Shown one piece after another: positions 25,791 to 38,692 of a DNA stretch of 64,000 nucleotides; position 1 is the stretch's first letter; each line of letters begins with the position of its first letter. The DNA is from Antechinus flavipes. Its lineage: Eukaryota. The translations under genes were made by a program, and so were the position numbers. Where the stretch lies: positions 52,266,001-52,330,000 of the forward strand of contig NC_067401.1 of assembly GCF_016432865.1 (NCBI RefSeq), read 5' to 3'. The notes beneath the pieces were generated by a model, which worked only from the letters and a program-made list of their open reading frames with translations, did not search any database and was not told where the DNA came from.

Positions 25791-26858
25791 TCTGACATTA
25801 AATCTTAAATATTTTTGAACACCTGAAGTTCTTTCAAAGAGACAGAAAAAAACCTATACCATTCAATTAACCAGATCTGAATTTCAAATGTTTTGCATTG
25901 GAAATATATACCATTAAGAACAAATAAAATATGAAGAACTAAACGTCATGTTTGTAAATTAGGATATATATTTTAAAGATGCAATGATTGGGGACATATT
26001 AAATGAATCTATAAGGAAGTAGCCATTTTGGCACAGAAATTGAAAGAAAGAAAAGCTTTTATTTCTGTGTAAATAAAATTATCTTTCTAATTCAAACATA
26101 AGGGAAAAAATGGCACCTAAACTTCAGGAGAGACTTCAGTAAGGGCGTCTAATTAGAATATTGTTGCAATAATCTAGACTGGAGGTGATAAGGTATTAGG
26201 GGGCAGCTGTGTTTGGAGAGAAGGGGATGTAACAGTAAGCAGTAAATGCTTCCTGAATGATTGGTGAATAAACAAACTATTTGAAAGCATGGAATACTTT
26301 CCTTATATCCCATATTAGAAACAAAATAGATACATACCAACCACTTGATTGGTTCTCTGAAAATACTGATAAAATGAAATTGTTCATTTCATTCAAGTTG
26401 AATCATTAACCTTTTAAAAAGTCAAATTAAAGGTATCAACTTCACTGACCACAATATTCTTAATGTATTAAAAATCTGAGAGGAAAAGAAAATTTACAAA
26501 TCATAGAATCTCAAGAAAACAGGAATCTCAGAGGATTTCTTTCCAGTTCAATCCTCTACCAAATGAATCAATCCTCTCCACCTCTGACAGTAGTAAACCA
26601 GCTTTTATTTTAAACTTTCTCACAACAGAGAACTCTGTAGCTCAGAGAGTAGTCCATTTCATTAATAAGATACTAGAATTAGAATGTAGAAGGAACTTTA
26701 AAGGCCATCTAGTCCAAGCTCCTTTATTTAACAGATGAGAAACTGATTTGAAAGAGAAGATGCAATTTATCCAATGTTCACCTAGGAGTTAAGTAACAGA
26801 TCTGAACATAGGTCCTCTGACTCCAAATTCCGTATTCCTCCATTAAGTAATACTTAGA

Positions 26859-27555
26859 GAAGGGAAAGGGATCTGTAAGTGCAAGAATGTTTGTGGCAGC
26901 CCTCTTTGTAGTGGCCAGAAACTGGAAAGTGAGTGGATGCCCATCAATTGGAGAATGGATGAATAAATTATGGGATATGAATGTTATGGAAGATTATTGT
27001 TTGATAAGAAATGACCAGCAGGATGATTTCAGAAAGGCCTGGAGAGATTTACATGATGCTGAGTGAAATGAGGAGGACCAGGAGATCATTATATACTTCA
27101 ACAACAATGCTTTATGATGATCAATTCTGATGGACATGGCCATCTTCAACAATGAGATGAACCAAATCAGTTCCAATAGAGCAGTAATGAATTGAACCAG
27201 TTACACCCAGCGAAAGACCTCTGGGAGATAAATATGAACCACTACACAGAATTCCCAATCCCTCTATTTTTATCTGCCTGCATTTTTGATTTCCTTCACA
27301 GGCTAACTGTATACTATCTCAAAGTCTGATTCTTTTTGTACAGCAAAATAACTGTATGGACATGTATACATATATTGTATTTAACTTATACTTTAACATA
27401 TTTAACATGTATTGGTCAACCTGCCATCTGGGGGAGAGAGTGGGAGGAAGGGGGAAAAAGTTGGAACAAAAGGTTTGGCAATTATCAATGCTGAAAAATT
27501 ACCCATGCATATATCTTGTAAATAAAAAACTATATAATAATAATAATAATAATAA
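26859..27555 (+). mobile_element. 5'-truncated L1 with 14-bp TSD and (AAT)n tail
   Basis: TSD AAGTAATACTTAGA at 26845-26858 and 27556-27569. Confidence 0.93.
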
Positions 27556-27593
27556 AAGTAATACTTAGAAATAGCTATTAAAAAGTTTCTCCT

Positions 27594-27750
27594 GGGGCAG
27601 CTAAGTGGCACAGTGGATAGCACACCAGCCCTGAAGTCAGGAGGGCCTGAGTTCAAATCTGATCTCAGATATTTAACACTTCCTAGCTGCGTGATTCTGG
27701 GCAAGTCGCTAAACCCCAATTGCCTCAGCAAAAAAAGAAAAAGAAAAAGA
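27594..27750 (+). mobile_element. WSINE1 with 13-bp TSD and A-rich tail
   Basis: TSD AAAAGTTTCTCCT at 27581-27593 and 27751-27763. Confidence 0.93.
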
Positions 27751-28589
27751 AAAAGTTTCTCCTTATAGTAAATCTCTCCATATTTAGGAGTTTGCTAACA
27801 GTTACTCAATTGTTCATATCTTTTGACCTAGTAGTACCACTGTTAGTTAGACAAAAAAGGCTTTGTATATGAAAATATTTATAGCAATTTTTTGTGGTAA
27901 TAAAAAACTAGAAACAAAGTAACTGTCCGTGGACAGAAGATAGGCTAAGCAAATTTGTAGTGTATGAACAGAGAGCTACTCCATTATAAAAAACTGCAAA
28001 TATGAGGCTTCAAGAGAAAGGAAGACTAATATGGGAAACAAAAGAAGACATATAAATTGATGCAGAGCAAAGCAGAATCAAGAGAACAATATACTATAAT
28101 TCCACAAATGAAAATAACACTAACAGGTAACTTAACCTTAATTAATTGTAATGACCAATGACCATCCTCGATGGTCACAGAATATCTGACTTAGAAGCCA
28201 TCTAGTCTTATCTAGTCCACAAAAGAATTCCTTCCAGAATATATCCATAGGGCTGTGCAATCCCCACTGGACTTGTGGGAAGATTCAATACGAAAGGGGA
28301 TGTTCCCTTCCACTCTGGAGAGTTCTAATTAAGTTTTTCCTGACATCAAGTCTCAATGCTTCTTTGCAATTTCCACCCACTCTTCCTAGCTCTGACTTCT
28401 GGGGACCATCAAAACAAGTCTAATTCTACTTCTATCAAGTAACCTTTCAAGTACTTCATGCCTGTTCATCCCCCAAATCCCTTCAGCCTCTACTCTAGAA
28501 GTCAAACAGAACAGATGATAAAAAGACACTTCACTCCTCTCAGAACAAAAGTACACGATTAAAGGGACAGGATGCTGTATATTCTGTAA

Positions 28590-28790
28590 CAGAGGGGTCA
28601 AACACAAGGCCAACTGCATGTGGCCTACAACAGTCCCAAATTAAAATAAACTTGAGAAATAGTGAATGAATAAAAAGAGTAAAGACATACATGATAATTA
28701 AGACAGAAATTTACACTTTAAAACCAGACATATGTGGCCTTAAGGATCCTTACATATGATTTAAAGGCCCTTTTCTCTATTTTCAGTGTG
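28590..28790 (+). mobile_element. hAT/Charlie-like non-autonomous DNA transposon (MITE) fragment
   Basis: TIR-like CAGAGGGGTCAAAC; internal atgtggccttaaggatcctt shared with copies at 38499 and 55907. Confidence 0.5.
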
Positions 28791-29046
28791 GAATCAGTTC
28801 TATAAGACCTGTTTCATTGTGTCAATTGGTTTTGTTTAGGTTTTGTTACTTTTGTTAAAAAGGGGGAAAGAATGGTGTAAAAACTTAAGACATCAATGAA
28901 ACCTTTTTTAAAATTGTCCACTGTCATTTCTACAAATTGGTTCTCATTCTACATAAGGTCACAACACAGTATAATTAATATTTCCATATGACAAAATATT
29001 CAAACTGTTGAAAACAGTTAATATATTCCCTCTTTATCTTCTCTTC

Positions 29047-29083
29047 CTCATAGGTTCTCTTTTTTTTTTTCTCATAGGTTCTC
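29047..29083 (-). mobile_element. Poly(A)-only retro-insertion with 13-bp TSD
   Basis: CTCATAGGTTCTC (29047-29059) + T11 (29060-29070) + CTCATAGGTTCTC (29071-29083). Confidence 0.65.
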
Positions 29084-30114
29084 ATATTTCAAGTCTCCTT
29101 ATCTTTTTGCCCCTGGACCAGCTCTAGTTCATTGGCAATATCCTCCTAAAATGTATCGCTCATAACAATACTCACAGATGTGAGGATTACACCAAGAATG
29201 AAACTATTATCTTCCTTCTTCTCAATAGTATGCTTCAATTAACTCAGCTTAAAAACATAATTTGCAAAAATTAAAACTAAAAAACAGAATACACTGTTGA
29301 TTCTGAACTCAAGGTCAGTTCAACAAATTTCCAAGTCAAGTCATTTTCAGGGGAACATTTATCAATCCATATTTCTCCCAACCTGAAGTTATGTAGCTGA
29401 CTTTTTTATCCTAAATGCAGATTTTATATTTATCACTATTAGATTTCATTGCTTTTATACTTGACCCTTCATTTGAGCTTATATTTCTTAATCTTGTCAA
29501 CTAAAGAACAAATTTTCTCTCCAGCTTCATATTATCCATAGATTTCTAAGCATTTCAAAGGGGTCTTCATCTAAGTCACTGAATAAAGATGTTTAAAAAA
29601 AAAAAGTTTTAAAAACAGTACTAGACCTTCAGTCAGAAGACCAGTAAATACCTCTTTGGTCAGGTATATCTAGTCAAGTCCCCGCTTTGTTACTTCCTAT
29701 CCATAGTAATCAACATGACAGATTGAAAGTTAAAAGAGACCTCAGAGATCTCACTTTGCAAATGAAGAAATACTCTTCTCATGACATCATACTGCCAGTC
29801 ACTTAACTATCCTCTTTTAGTAATCTTTGAAAGCCAGAATGGAGCAGGGATAAAGACTGGGCTCAGTGTCAAGAAAACCTAGATTTCAATCCTGCTTCAA
29901 ATATATAATAGGCACATTAACCCTAGGCAAATCCTCTAATTTCTTCATTCCCACTAATTTCCTCATTTGTAAAATGTCTGGACTCAAAAGCTCTAAAGTT
30001 CTCTATCCACTTTCTAAGATTTTATAACTTCTCTATCCCTGTTAGCTGATCTGTAAAATAAAAATAAAAAATTTGTTATGAGAATTAAGGTCAACAAAAA
30101 TAAAGCATCTTGTT

Positions 30115-30320
30115 AAGTTGTAGTTCAATCTTTTTTTCAGTTATGTCCAACTGAATTTGGGGATTGCTTGGCAAAGATACTGAAATGGTTCACCATTTCC
30201 TTCTCCAGCTCATTTTACATATAAGGGACTGAAGTAAACAGGTCAAGTGACTTGCCTGGGGCGACATAGCTGGTAAGGATCTGAGGCCAAACTGGAATAT
30301 TGCATTGCATCTAGCTGCCC
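30115..30320 (-). mobile_element. Mar1 SINE
   Basis: ttggcaaagatactgaaatggttcaccatttccttctccagctcattttaca...catctagctgccc. Confidence 0.85.
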
Positions 30321-30877
30321 ACCTGGTTAACTATACCGCACCAAATAAAAGTAAGATATTAAAGAAGCTAAAAAGAAAACTTGTTGTATACCACCAAGGA
30401 TTTCCCATTCCTATCATTTCTAAAGTCACTTACTGCCTATTAAACCAGTCTATATTTTTCTCTCTTGTCCCAAAAGCCTTTATGTCAATGGACCATAAGA
30501 TCAGACAGCTTTAACCACGCTTTCTAGAAAGGCTTCTGCAAAGTTCCAATTTTTGAGAATAACTCTAAGTACAAAGGTTTTATCACCTATGGTCTGGCCC
30601 TACTTAGTGAAGAATTCTTTGGTCACCGCAACTTATAAAAGAAGTACTACGTAGGACCCATCTACTTCTGCAGGTGACAGGGAAGCAGAAATGAAGTATA
30701 TAGATTACTAATTAATAATCACAGTTTTAAAGCCATCTAAAAAGTTAAGCTTCATATTTGTACTCTAAATTTGATCTGAGTGATCAACAAGCAGACCTCT
30801 ATGCTGACATACATATTCTGGCATCCTTCTGCTATGTAACCAGTAGAAGGAAGTTATATGTAATTAAGAAGTACTAC

Positions 30878-31011
30878 CTAACAAGGCAGAAAAAGGAATT
30901 GGCATTGATGGCTTTATTGTAGGTCTAAGGGAAAAGAGAAACATCATTCCATGGGTACTTTGGCATCTTGTGCTGCAATTTTCATGATATTTGCACAAAA
31001 ACTACTAATAT
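30878..31011 (-). other. Weak candidate exon (134 nt, contains AATAAA)
   Basis: Acceptor TTTGTTTTCTATAACAG|A; donor TTAG|GTAGTA; minus-strand AATAAA at 30913-30918. Confidence 0.25.
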
Positions 31012-31039
31012 CTGTTATAGAAAACAAAGAGATTGACAA

Positions 31040-33620
31040 AGTCTACAGATAAAGTGATAAGACCCTCCAAATTAACATACCATATATTTTGAAATCAAGG
31101 CTCAGGTGGAAATGCCCAGGAATATATTGGAAAACATGGTTTAGGAATAGAGAATGAAAGAAGACAAAGTTTTATAAACTTTATACTGGAAATACTTTCC
31201 TTAAAAAAAGACTGTAGGCACTGAATATGACAGACACCAAATATTGTATTTTAATGGACAAAAAATAATGTTACTAATGTAGGAGTAATTTCTCAATCAG
31301 TTATCCAATTACAGTCTGACCAATGACTTATTAGAAGACAAATATTAGCATAAAACTAGAATGAAAATAAGAAAAAGATATGCATGCAATTAAAATGCAA
31401 TTTTAACTCAAGTCTGACCAAATAAAACAAGTTACTAATACTAATAAAAAAACACTAATGGAAGAGGAAAATATATTGAATCTGTCATAATATAGGACTG
31501 TGATCTAAATAAACTGTCATTAACAAAGAGACCAAAATAATCTAAAAGCACCTTAGTCAACAAAATTACTGAATTTCTTGACATTCAGAGAAAAAGAAAT
31601 GGCAAAATCACCACATTATATTTATAAAATCTTACAGAGAAGGTGTTGGAATTAAACTCAAATCAGTAGGCATTTGAAAATTACTATAATATGGATAAAG
31701 ACAAAATCAGGGTACAAAATCAAAAACCAAACACTGCTTCAACTAAAGAAACTTATAACCCATTATGTGGAGGAGGTTGTGGGCAATATTGCATCAAAGT
31801 AAAGGGGAGCAGGGTAAAAATCTGTTTAAAGAAAACAATGCAAGAGGTCCAAATAAGCAAAGTCACTGCATGGGCATTTATAAATGGAATTGAAAGGATG
31901 ACAAACAGAAGAAAATGGAAAAGACTTGCAAAGATTTTTATAAAAAAGGTCAGTGGAGCCACCACAACAAAACTCTTAACATCATAACCCTGACAGGAGG
32001 TAGAAATGGCAGTAAGAAGACAGCTAGATGGTGCAGGGGATAAAGCACCTGCCCTGAAGTCAGGAGGACCTGAGTTCAAATCCAACCTTAGACACTTAAT
32101 ACTTCCTAGCAGTCTGATCCTAGCAAGTCACTTAACTCTGTCTCACATAAACAAACACAGTTAAAAAGAAAGAAATGGCAGTAAAGAAAATAAAGAAGAA
32201 AGCAACTAGACTAGCTCAAAGACATCTTATGGAGATCTGTGCTGACGGCATTGAGGGATCAATTCAAAAGATATCTGAATGAAAAAAGATGCCAAAGGCA
32301 CAGACAAATTCTTGTATTTTATTAATATGAAAGAGAGAAAAAAGACGTGAAAACATTAATTATGAACATATATGCTTACTTTCCCATCAACATAAAACTT
32401 TTACATCTCACCTATGTATGCATCAAACTCATCTACACATACATCAAGAACATCCTTGATAAGGATATTAGTAGGGAACAAGCAGGCCCCCCAAAAATGG
32501 TATACACAGCAGATGCTATAAATACCACACATGATTAAAAAATGTAGAAAAGAGAAAACTTTCACTGGGCTTATTGGTTGATTATTTTCTAAAAGTCTAT
32601 GGTTTTGTAAAAAAAAAAAAAAATATATATATATATATGTTGTTTTGAAGATTGTTTTCCAACAATATCTCTCCATTTACACATCAAACTCATTTCCTAT
32701 TCCTTGAAAGATTTAACAGAGAACAGTAAGGCATGAGACAAGAAGAGGCATACTTATCAAAGATATTCACCATCGTGATGGGGGAATCCAAGACAGATTC
32801 CTAGTTAAAGGAGGCTTCTTTATGGTTAGTGGGATCCTCCAGATGTCCCTACTTGCTTATGATATCATGCTAATTGCAGCAAGTCTTGGAACATTGCAGG
32901 GCTTCTTGGAAAAGATCTGTGTCCATATAAGATTTTTGGCCTAATCACCCATACAGGAAAAACTGGCAGATGAAGTGTTATCTATTATCCAGATTATATC
33001 ATGGAGTTGGATGAACAATTTAATAGCGGCTTCCCATTAGAGTATATATATATAATGTGTATGTATAAGTTTTGCAGAGAAGCTGCTGACCTACACTGGT
33101 GAACTCATACACCAATCAAACCACATTTCATGTGTGTATGTGCATGCACATGCCAGACACAAAGTACAATAGACAATTAGAAAATTGTAAAGCTCCTTTA
33201 AAGACCATAAACATTTCAGGAACAAAGGCATGACTTTTTAATGATAATTTTCTATTGGTGTTGGTTCCTTAATATGACCATGAAAATTTTACAAACTGAG
33301 TATAACTTTCAGAGACAGAGAGAAGTACATACTGGACATGAGAATACTGCACTATTTAACCCCTCCCCCCAAAAAAAGTAATTTCAAAGACTAAAAGAAA
33401 ATAATGCCATCAGAAAAAGATGATCAAAAAAGAAGATGGTCTGATCATGTGATATGGAATAATGGGCAAGCCAAATATTCAAGCAGTGAGATTGTAAAGT
33501 CCTACAGCGTATCAGGGAAACTTCCTGCAATAGATTTATAGGAACACATGGTCAAGAACTCCACAGGATGAGCAGCATAGTTTGCAATCTGTACTGCATA
33601 AGGGAATATCCAAACTAAAA
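31040..33620 (+). mobile_element. Long degenerate RTE-clade LINE (APE endonuclease, RT and 3' end), interrupted by WSINE1
   Basis: APE-like IGKHGLGIENE, GNTFLKK and an SDH-like cagtctgacc; RT-like ILDKDISREQAG and LLAYDIMLIA; 3' aagaagatggtctgatcatgtg. Confidence 0.82.
32016..32170 (+). mobile_element. WSINE1-like SINE with 14-bp TSD, nested in RTE
   Basis: TSD AGAAATGGCAGTAA at 32002-32015 and 32171-32184. Confidence 0.9.
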
Positions 33621-34134
33621 AAATCATAGGATCATTTGAGCTTTATGACAAACTGTCAATTGCCTTCAAGAAATCCATAAATACCTTGTTTATAATATTC
33701 TCAATTTAATCCAACAGCATTTATTAAGCACCTACTATATGTTAATAGAGGATACAAAGAAAAAAACAAAAAATATCTATCCCAAGAAACTTACATAGAA
33801 AAGAGAGATAAACAGATAAATATAAATATATATGTGTGTGTATGTATATGTAATAAGGGGATCAACAAAAAATAGGAGATGGTATCAGAACTAAACCTTA
33901 AAGGAACTTTTCACATATTTTTAAAAGATTTCACATCCTGACTAATATTATTCTTTTTACTTATTAAAATATCAACTGTAGTATATTTACTACATTGTAC
34001 CTCAAAACAATAAATTCCCAATCATCTTCAATAACAAAAAAATTCAGTAATTTATAATCAAAAGCCTAAGGCTTTTAATAGATTACCCCCCTCCTGTGCT
34101 CCCTCCTTCCCCTGCTCCCCTCCCCTGCCTTGGG

Positions 34135-34330
34135 GCACTAGTTTGTACAATGTAGAGCATAGAGCTTGGAGTCAGGAAAACTCATTTTTCCTGAGTTCAC
34201 ATCTGGTCTCTGACAATTCCTAGCTATGTGACCCTGGAGAAGTCACTTAACTCTGTCTCAGTTCCTCATCTGCAAAATGAGCTAGAGAAGGAAATGGCAA
34301 CCCACTCCAATATAACCACCAAGAAAATCC
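34135..34330 (+). mobile_element. Mar1 SINE
   Basis: ttggagtcaggaaaactc...gtcacttaactctgtctcagttcctcatctgcaaaatgagctagagaaggaaatggcaacccactcc. Confidence 0.85.
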
Positions 34331-34332
34331 AA

Positions 34333-34366
<34 letters not shown>

Positions 34367-34588
34367 GGGGAGCACACAAAGTCATAAGTAGATACATACT
34401 AAAAAAACTTTCCAAAAACTTTTTTTTTTTTTTACAGATTTTTAATAAAGCAGATTTAGTGATAATTTATTAACATAAAAATTTGATCAGTCAGTTCTGA
34501 ATTTTGACAGTAGCTACAAAAATAGTTAAGTGCTGAAAACCTGTTTTCTGACTCCAAATCAATTTTCTTTTTCCACTCCAGCATCTAC

Positions 34589-34683
34589 CTCTGCTTACAA
34601 GGTGAGAAACTATCCTCTTTAATGTAAAGAAAGGAAAATCAGGCCCTGGATTCCAATGTCTGATATGCTTGTTTATCTGCAAG
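34589..34683 (-). other. Candidate 5'-UTR exon 3 (95 nt)
   Basis: Acceptor: T tract + AACAG|C at 34684/34683; donor CAGAG|GTAGAT at 34589/34588; non-repetitive sequence. Confidence 0.5.
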
Positions 34684-35219
34684 CTGTTAAAAAAAAAAAA
34701 AAATGCTATGTTCTAAAATCAGAAGCATTTACTAAAACTACAGGTGGATTTCTTCATAGTCTGGAATTGAGTACTATAAAATGTGGACAGAAGCCAGCTC
34801 TATTTTGTAAACTCTATTCTCACCTTATAGGTACAACATAGATCTAGAAGGAAAAAAACCTAAAGATTATGAAAGCAGTGCTGGCACGCTATCAATGCAT
34901 TTTTGCCCTCATACACACTTTTTTTTAATTAAAGAATAGTGACATAGGAAGAATTTGAATCAGAGTGGGAAAAAGATTAGAGAAGAGCAATTCTACACCG
35001 AAATTTACTCACATTAAACAGAATTACCAAATAGAGACAAACCAAATAGAGAAAAATCCCTTCTCCATAATATGGCATATACAGGAAAGTTTAGACTTAG
35101 ATTAAGATCATTATTATGGCAAAATTGATTTTTTTTTTACAATATCACTTTCCAAATAATTAGAAAAAGTTTATTCTAAAATTAAATATTAGAAAATGAG
35201 TCCACAGCAATAAATGCTA

Positions 35220-36260
35220 AAGAACAGTGTGGGTGTCCCTTAAGGCTCAATCATGGGTCATTTTTTTCATTCTACAGCATGTCTCTTGGTGATTTCATCA
35301 ATCCCCATGGTTGAATTATCACTTCTATGCAGATGACTCTAAGATCTATCCAGCCCTTACCTCTTTCCTGACTTCTGGTCTCACAAAACCAAGTATCTCT
35401 TGGACATCTCAAAATAGATGACATGGAAGCATCTAAAATTCATTATGTCTAAAACAACTCATTATTCATTAACTCTGATGCTCTTCCCTTTTTCCAGTTT
35501 CTTAATTATTGTCAAGGTCATCATCGTCTTTATAATTATAGCATCACAACCATATTAATCCTTGACTCTTCACTTGTATTCACCCCACATACTCTTGTTA
35601 TACAGCCATTTCCACTCCCACAGCCACCCCCTGGACCCCTTATCACCTTACACCACGACTTCTGCAAAAAACCACTGGTCCATCTTCCTGACTCAAGCCT
35701 CTTCCCACTGCAGTCTATCCTCCATTCTATTATCTTCCATACTACTAGCAGGAAACATAGACCTGACTATAAAAGGCCTCTATTCAATAAATTTCCAATG
35801 TTTCCCTATCACTTTTAGGATCAAATATGAAATCCTGTAACTTTTAATTCTTTTCAAACTCAGGGCCCTCCTACCTTTTCAGTCCTCTCATCCTTCAACT
35901 CTTCTGTCTGCCCTCCCATTCAGCCATGCTTTCACTGCCATTTCTCCCCTACAATATTTCATTTTTCTATTCCCAGCCTGTGTACTTGTGGTCCCCAACA
36001 CTGAAATCCTTTCTCCAAGCTTCAGCATTTTAAGTTCCTTTAGCTCAAATCCGACCTTTCAAAAAACTCCTTTGCTGGGCCATCCTACTCCTAATGCCCT
36101 ATATCCACACTGTATGTTTTATATGTAAATAGTTGTTTGTACTCTATCTCTGCCAATATAATGAGTTCATTTCAGCCTTTCCTTATATCTCCAGCATTAT
36201 GTAAAACACAGTGCCTTACACATAATAAGCATGTTGAATGATTTGGGATTTAATAGTAGC
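35220..36260 (+). mobile_element. L2 fragment
   Basis: gtgtcccttaaggctcaatc...tctatgcagatgactct...aaacacagtgccttacacataataagcatg. Confidence 0.75.
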
Positions 36261-37505
36261 CACAATAGATGGGGGATGGGGGAAGTTAAAAATGACCTTA
36301 GACATACTTACTAGCTATATGATTATATCTCATCACTGAAATAGTAAATGAATAAATACTCTGTAAATAGTTAAGTTCTAAAGAAATTCAGAGTCATCAA
36401 GTTGATTATTTTCCGTTGAAAATGGATTTTTTTTTTAATTAGGAAAATGGATAATATATTAAAAGCAAATCTTGGTTCTAATACTAACACTACAAGTGTG
36501 GTGTCAGCTCATCTATAATATTTTAGATTGTCTCTAATAAGCACATTTTAGAATTTTAAAAGGTATATTTCATGGCAGAAGATTCAAGTGGAATAATAAG
36601 AATTGAAATAATCAGCATTTTCAGGTTTTACCTGTTAAAAATAGGGTTTGTTTATTTAATGTTTTGCATCAATGAACCTGTCTCAAAAAGATAGTCCTAT
36701 TCCTACATGAATTCTGAATATTACTGAAATTATAGTGAATGACGGATTTACTCTCTAGATTATATTCTCAACAGATCTGCAATAACATTTTATCATGAAA
36801 TTAGTGGTTGCTACTAGCAAGCTATGGTTTTAACTGTGTTTTAGATTTTGTTGAAATAATTGTTCTCAATTTTTTTAAGCTATTCATTATAAAGTCTTAC
36901 CTACTTAATTAAAGTTAAATTCTACCATAAAAGATTATTTTTACAGCACATGCAGCACAACATTTCCTGTTTTAGCTCTACTTTAAAAACCACCAGATTG
37001 TGGGGGTACATATCAGTCACATTTATGTATTCAAAATGTGTCTTTTCAATAATGACAAAACTGTAAGTCTATAGCAATACCCATTATATAAACTGAATTA
37101 GTTTTATAAGCTTTTAAGACTTAGGTTTTAAATACTACAAGTAAAAGAAAATATAAAATTATATGTTTAATTTATATTACACATTACCAACCCCTTCATA
37201 TGCAGTTTATGTTAAGTAGCTTTATTGGTGACAAATGTTGGAAAGTTGGAATAATTTTAACTTTTTAGGTTTCCAATGCCTGAATATATAATGGAAATGA
37301 CAAACAGAAAACCACTCCAAATCATTAACTAATTTACTGATGGGAAATCTTATTCTCATAAAACATCTTCAATCCTAGTTGCATACCTCTAAAAATCATA
37401 TGAAATGGATTATTTTTAGAATGCTTATAAAAAGCTCAATATTTCCTGTTTTAACTCCACCTTAATAACAATACAAACTTTCCTTTTGATTTTCTCAGTT
37501 CCTAC

Positions 37506-37603
37506 CTCTGTTTTCAAGTGGAAAGAATCCGGATAATAGCCACCAGTTTGGGCTGTTTTGCACATTCAATGAACTCAAGTTCAATATTTAGGCCAGTTTA
37601 GAC
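37506..37603 (-). other. Candidate 5'-UTR exon 2 (98 nt)
   Basis: Acceptor: long T tract + ACACAG|G at 37604/37603; donor CAGAG|GTAGG at 37506/37505; lies in a TE-poor block. Confidence 0.6.
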
Positions 37604-38498
37604 CTGTGTAAAAAAAAAAAGAAAAAATATTCCCCAGACACAAAATGAATTCTGACCCCTGATCTGATATTTCAAAAATGTATACCAAGATAAGAACCTA
37701 AAGATGGTTTGGTGCAAAACTATTACCAGTATTGTGAAAATTTCAAATTCACATCCTACCATAAGTGAACAGTAGTATGTTTGTAAGAAATTAACAAACA
37801 AGGCATATTAAAATAAGGTTAAAAAACACATAACAAAACTGATGCTTGTTTCCTAACAAGTTTCACACACTGAGGAAGAAAAGGACATTTCAAGTATATA
37901 CACAAATACATACATACACATATACTTATATATTTAACGTGTGTATATAGAGAGAGAAAGTTTGTAACATGTATCTTTTTTAAAATAACAAGATATGTAC
38001 TTTGGCATTTTCACTGTCCATACAGCAAATGATGACATAATACTATGTAAGTATTCAATTCATACAAATATTATATTTATTTTTTAAAAAACAGATGAAG
38101 TCTATTTTAAAAAGAATTGGATTTTTAAATGGTTACTTAAAACAGGGCATGTTATTGTCAATTCAAAATGTACTACAACACTTAAAAACATTTCTGATGA
38201 TTATGTTTCTCTTGCTGGCTAGCAATTTGGATGATTGCTTCTAGGGAATGTTAGAGAAGATGCTTCAAGTGACAGACTACATGACTGAGATCCCTCAGAA
38301 CTTTTAAAATCGATGATTCTGATTTTTAACTCATGATTTCAGAATTATAAAAGTTCCACAATGGCATGATTTTTAAAACTCGAAAGATAAAACTTGAACC
38401 ACATTTATAAATTAAAATTTCAAAAAAGCAAATTATATTTGACAATATAAACAATAATTGATCCCCCCCGTCCAATCTGAGACTTCACTGGTATAAAG

Positions 38499-38692
38499 CA
38501 AGAGATATCACATACAACTGCATGTTGCCCACGACATTCCTGAATCAGACCAAACAGATTAAAAACAATTTGGAAATATTTAACAAAGTAAATAAAATTA
38601 CAGTAAAACACTGGTAATATTACATTTTAAAACTAAGTCAATCTATGGCCTGTAGGGATCCTTAGATAAGTTCAGTGCCCTTTGACACCACG
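38499..38692 (+). mobile_element. hAT/Charlie-like MITE
   Basis: ctaagtcaatctatggcctgtagggatcctt...TTTGACACCAC terminal motif. Confidence 0.55.

Noticed and set aside
36625-36660. Possible recursive splice site (AACAG|GTAAAA, minus strand)
   Set aside because: Poor polypyrimidine tract and weak donor; such motifs are common by chance
38024-38200. Box C-like ATGATGA with a distant CTGA (snoRNA?)
   Set aside because: Opposite strand to the host gene, spacing too long, no terminal stem
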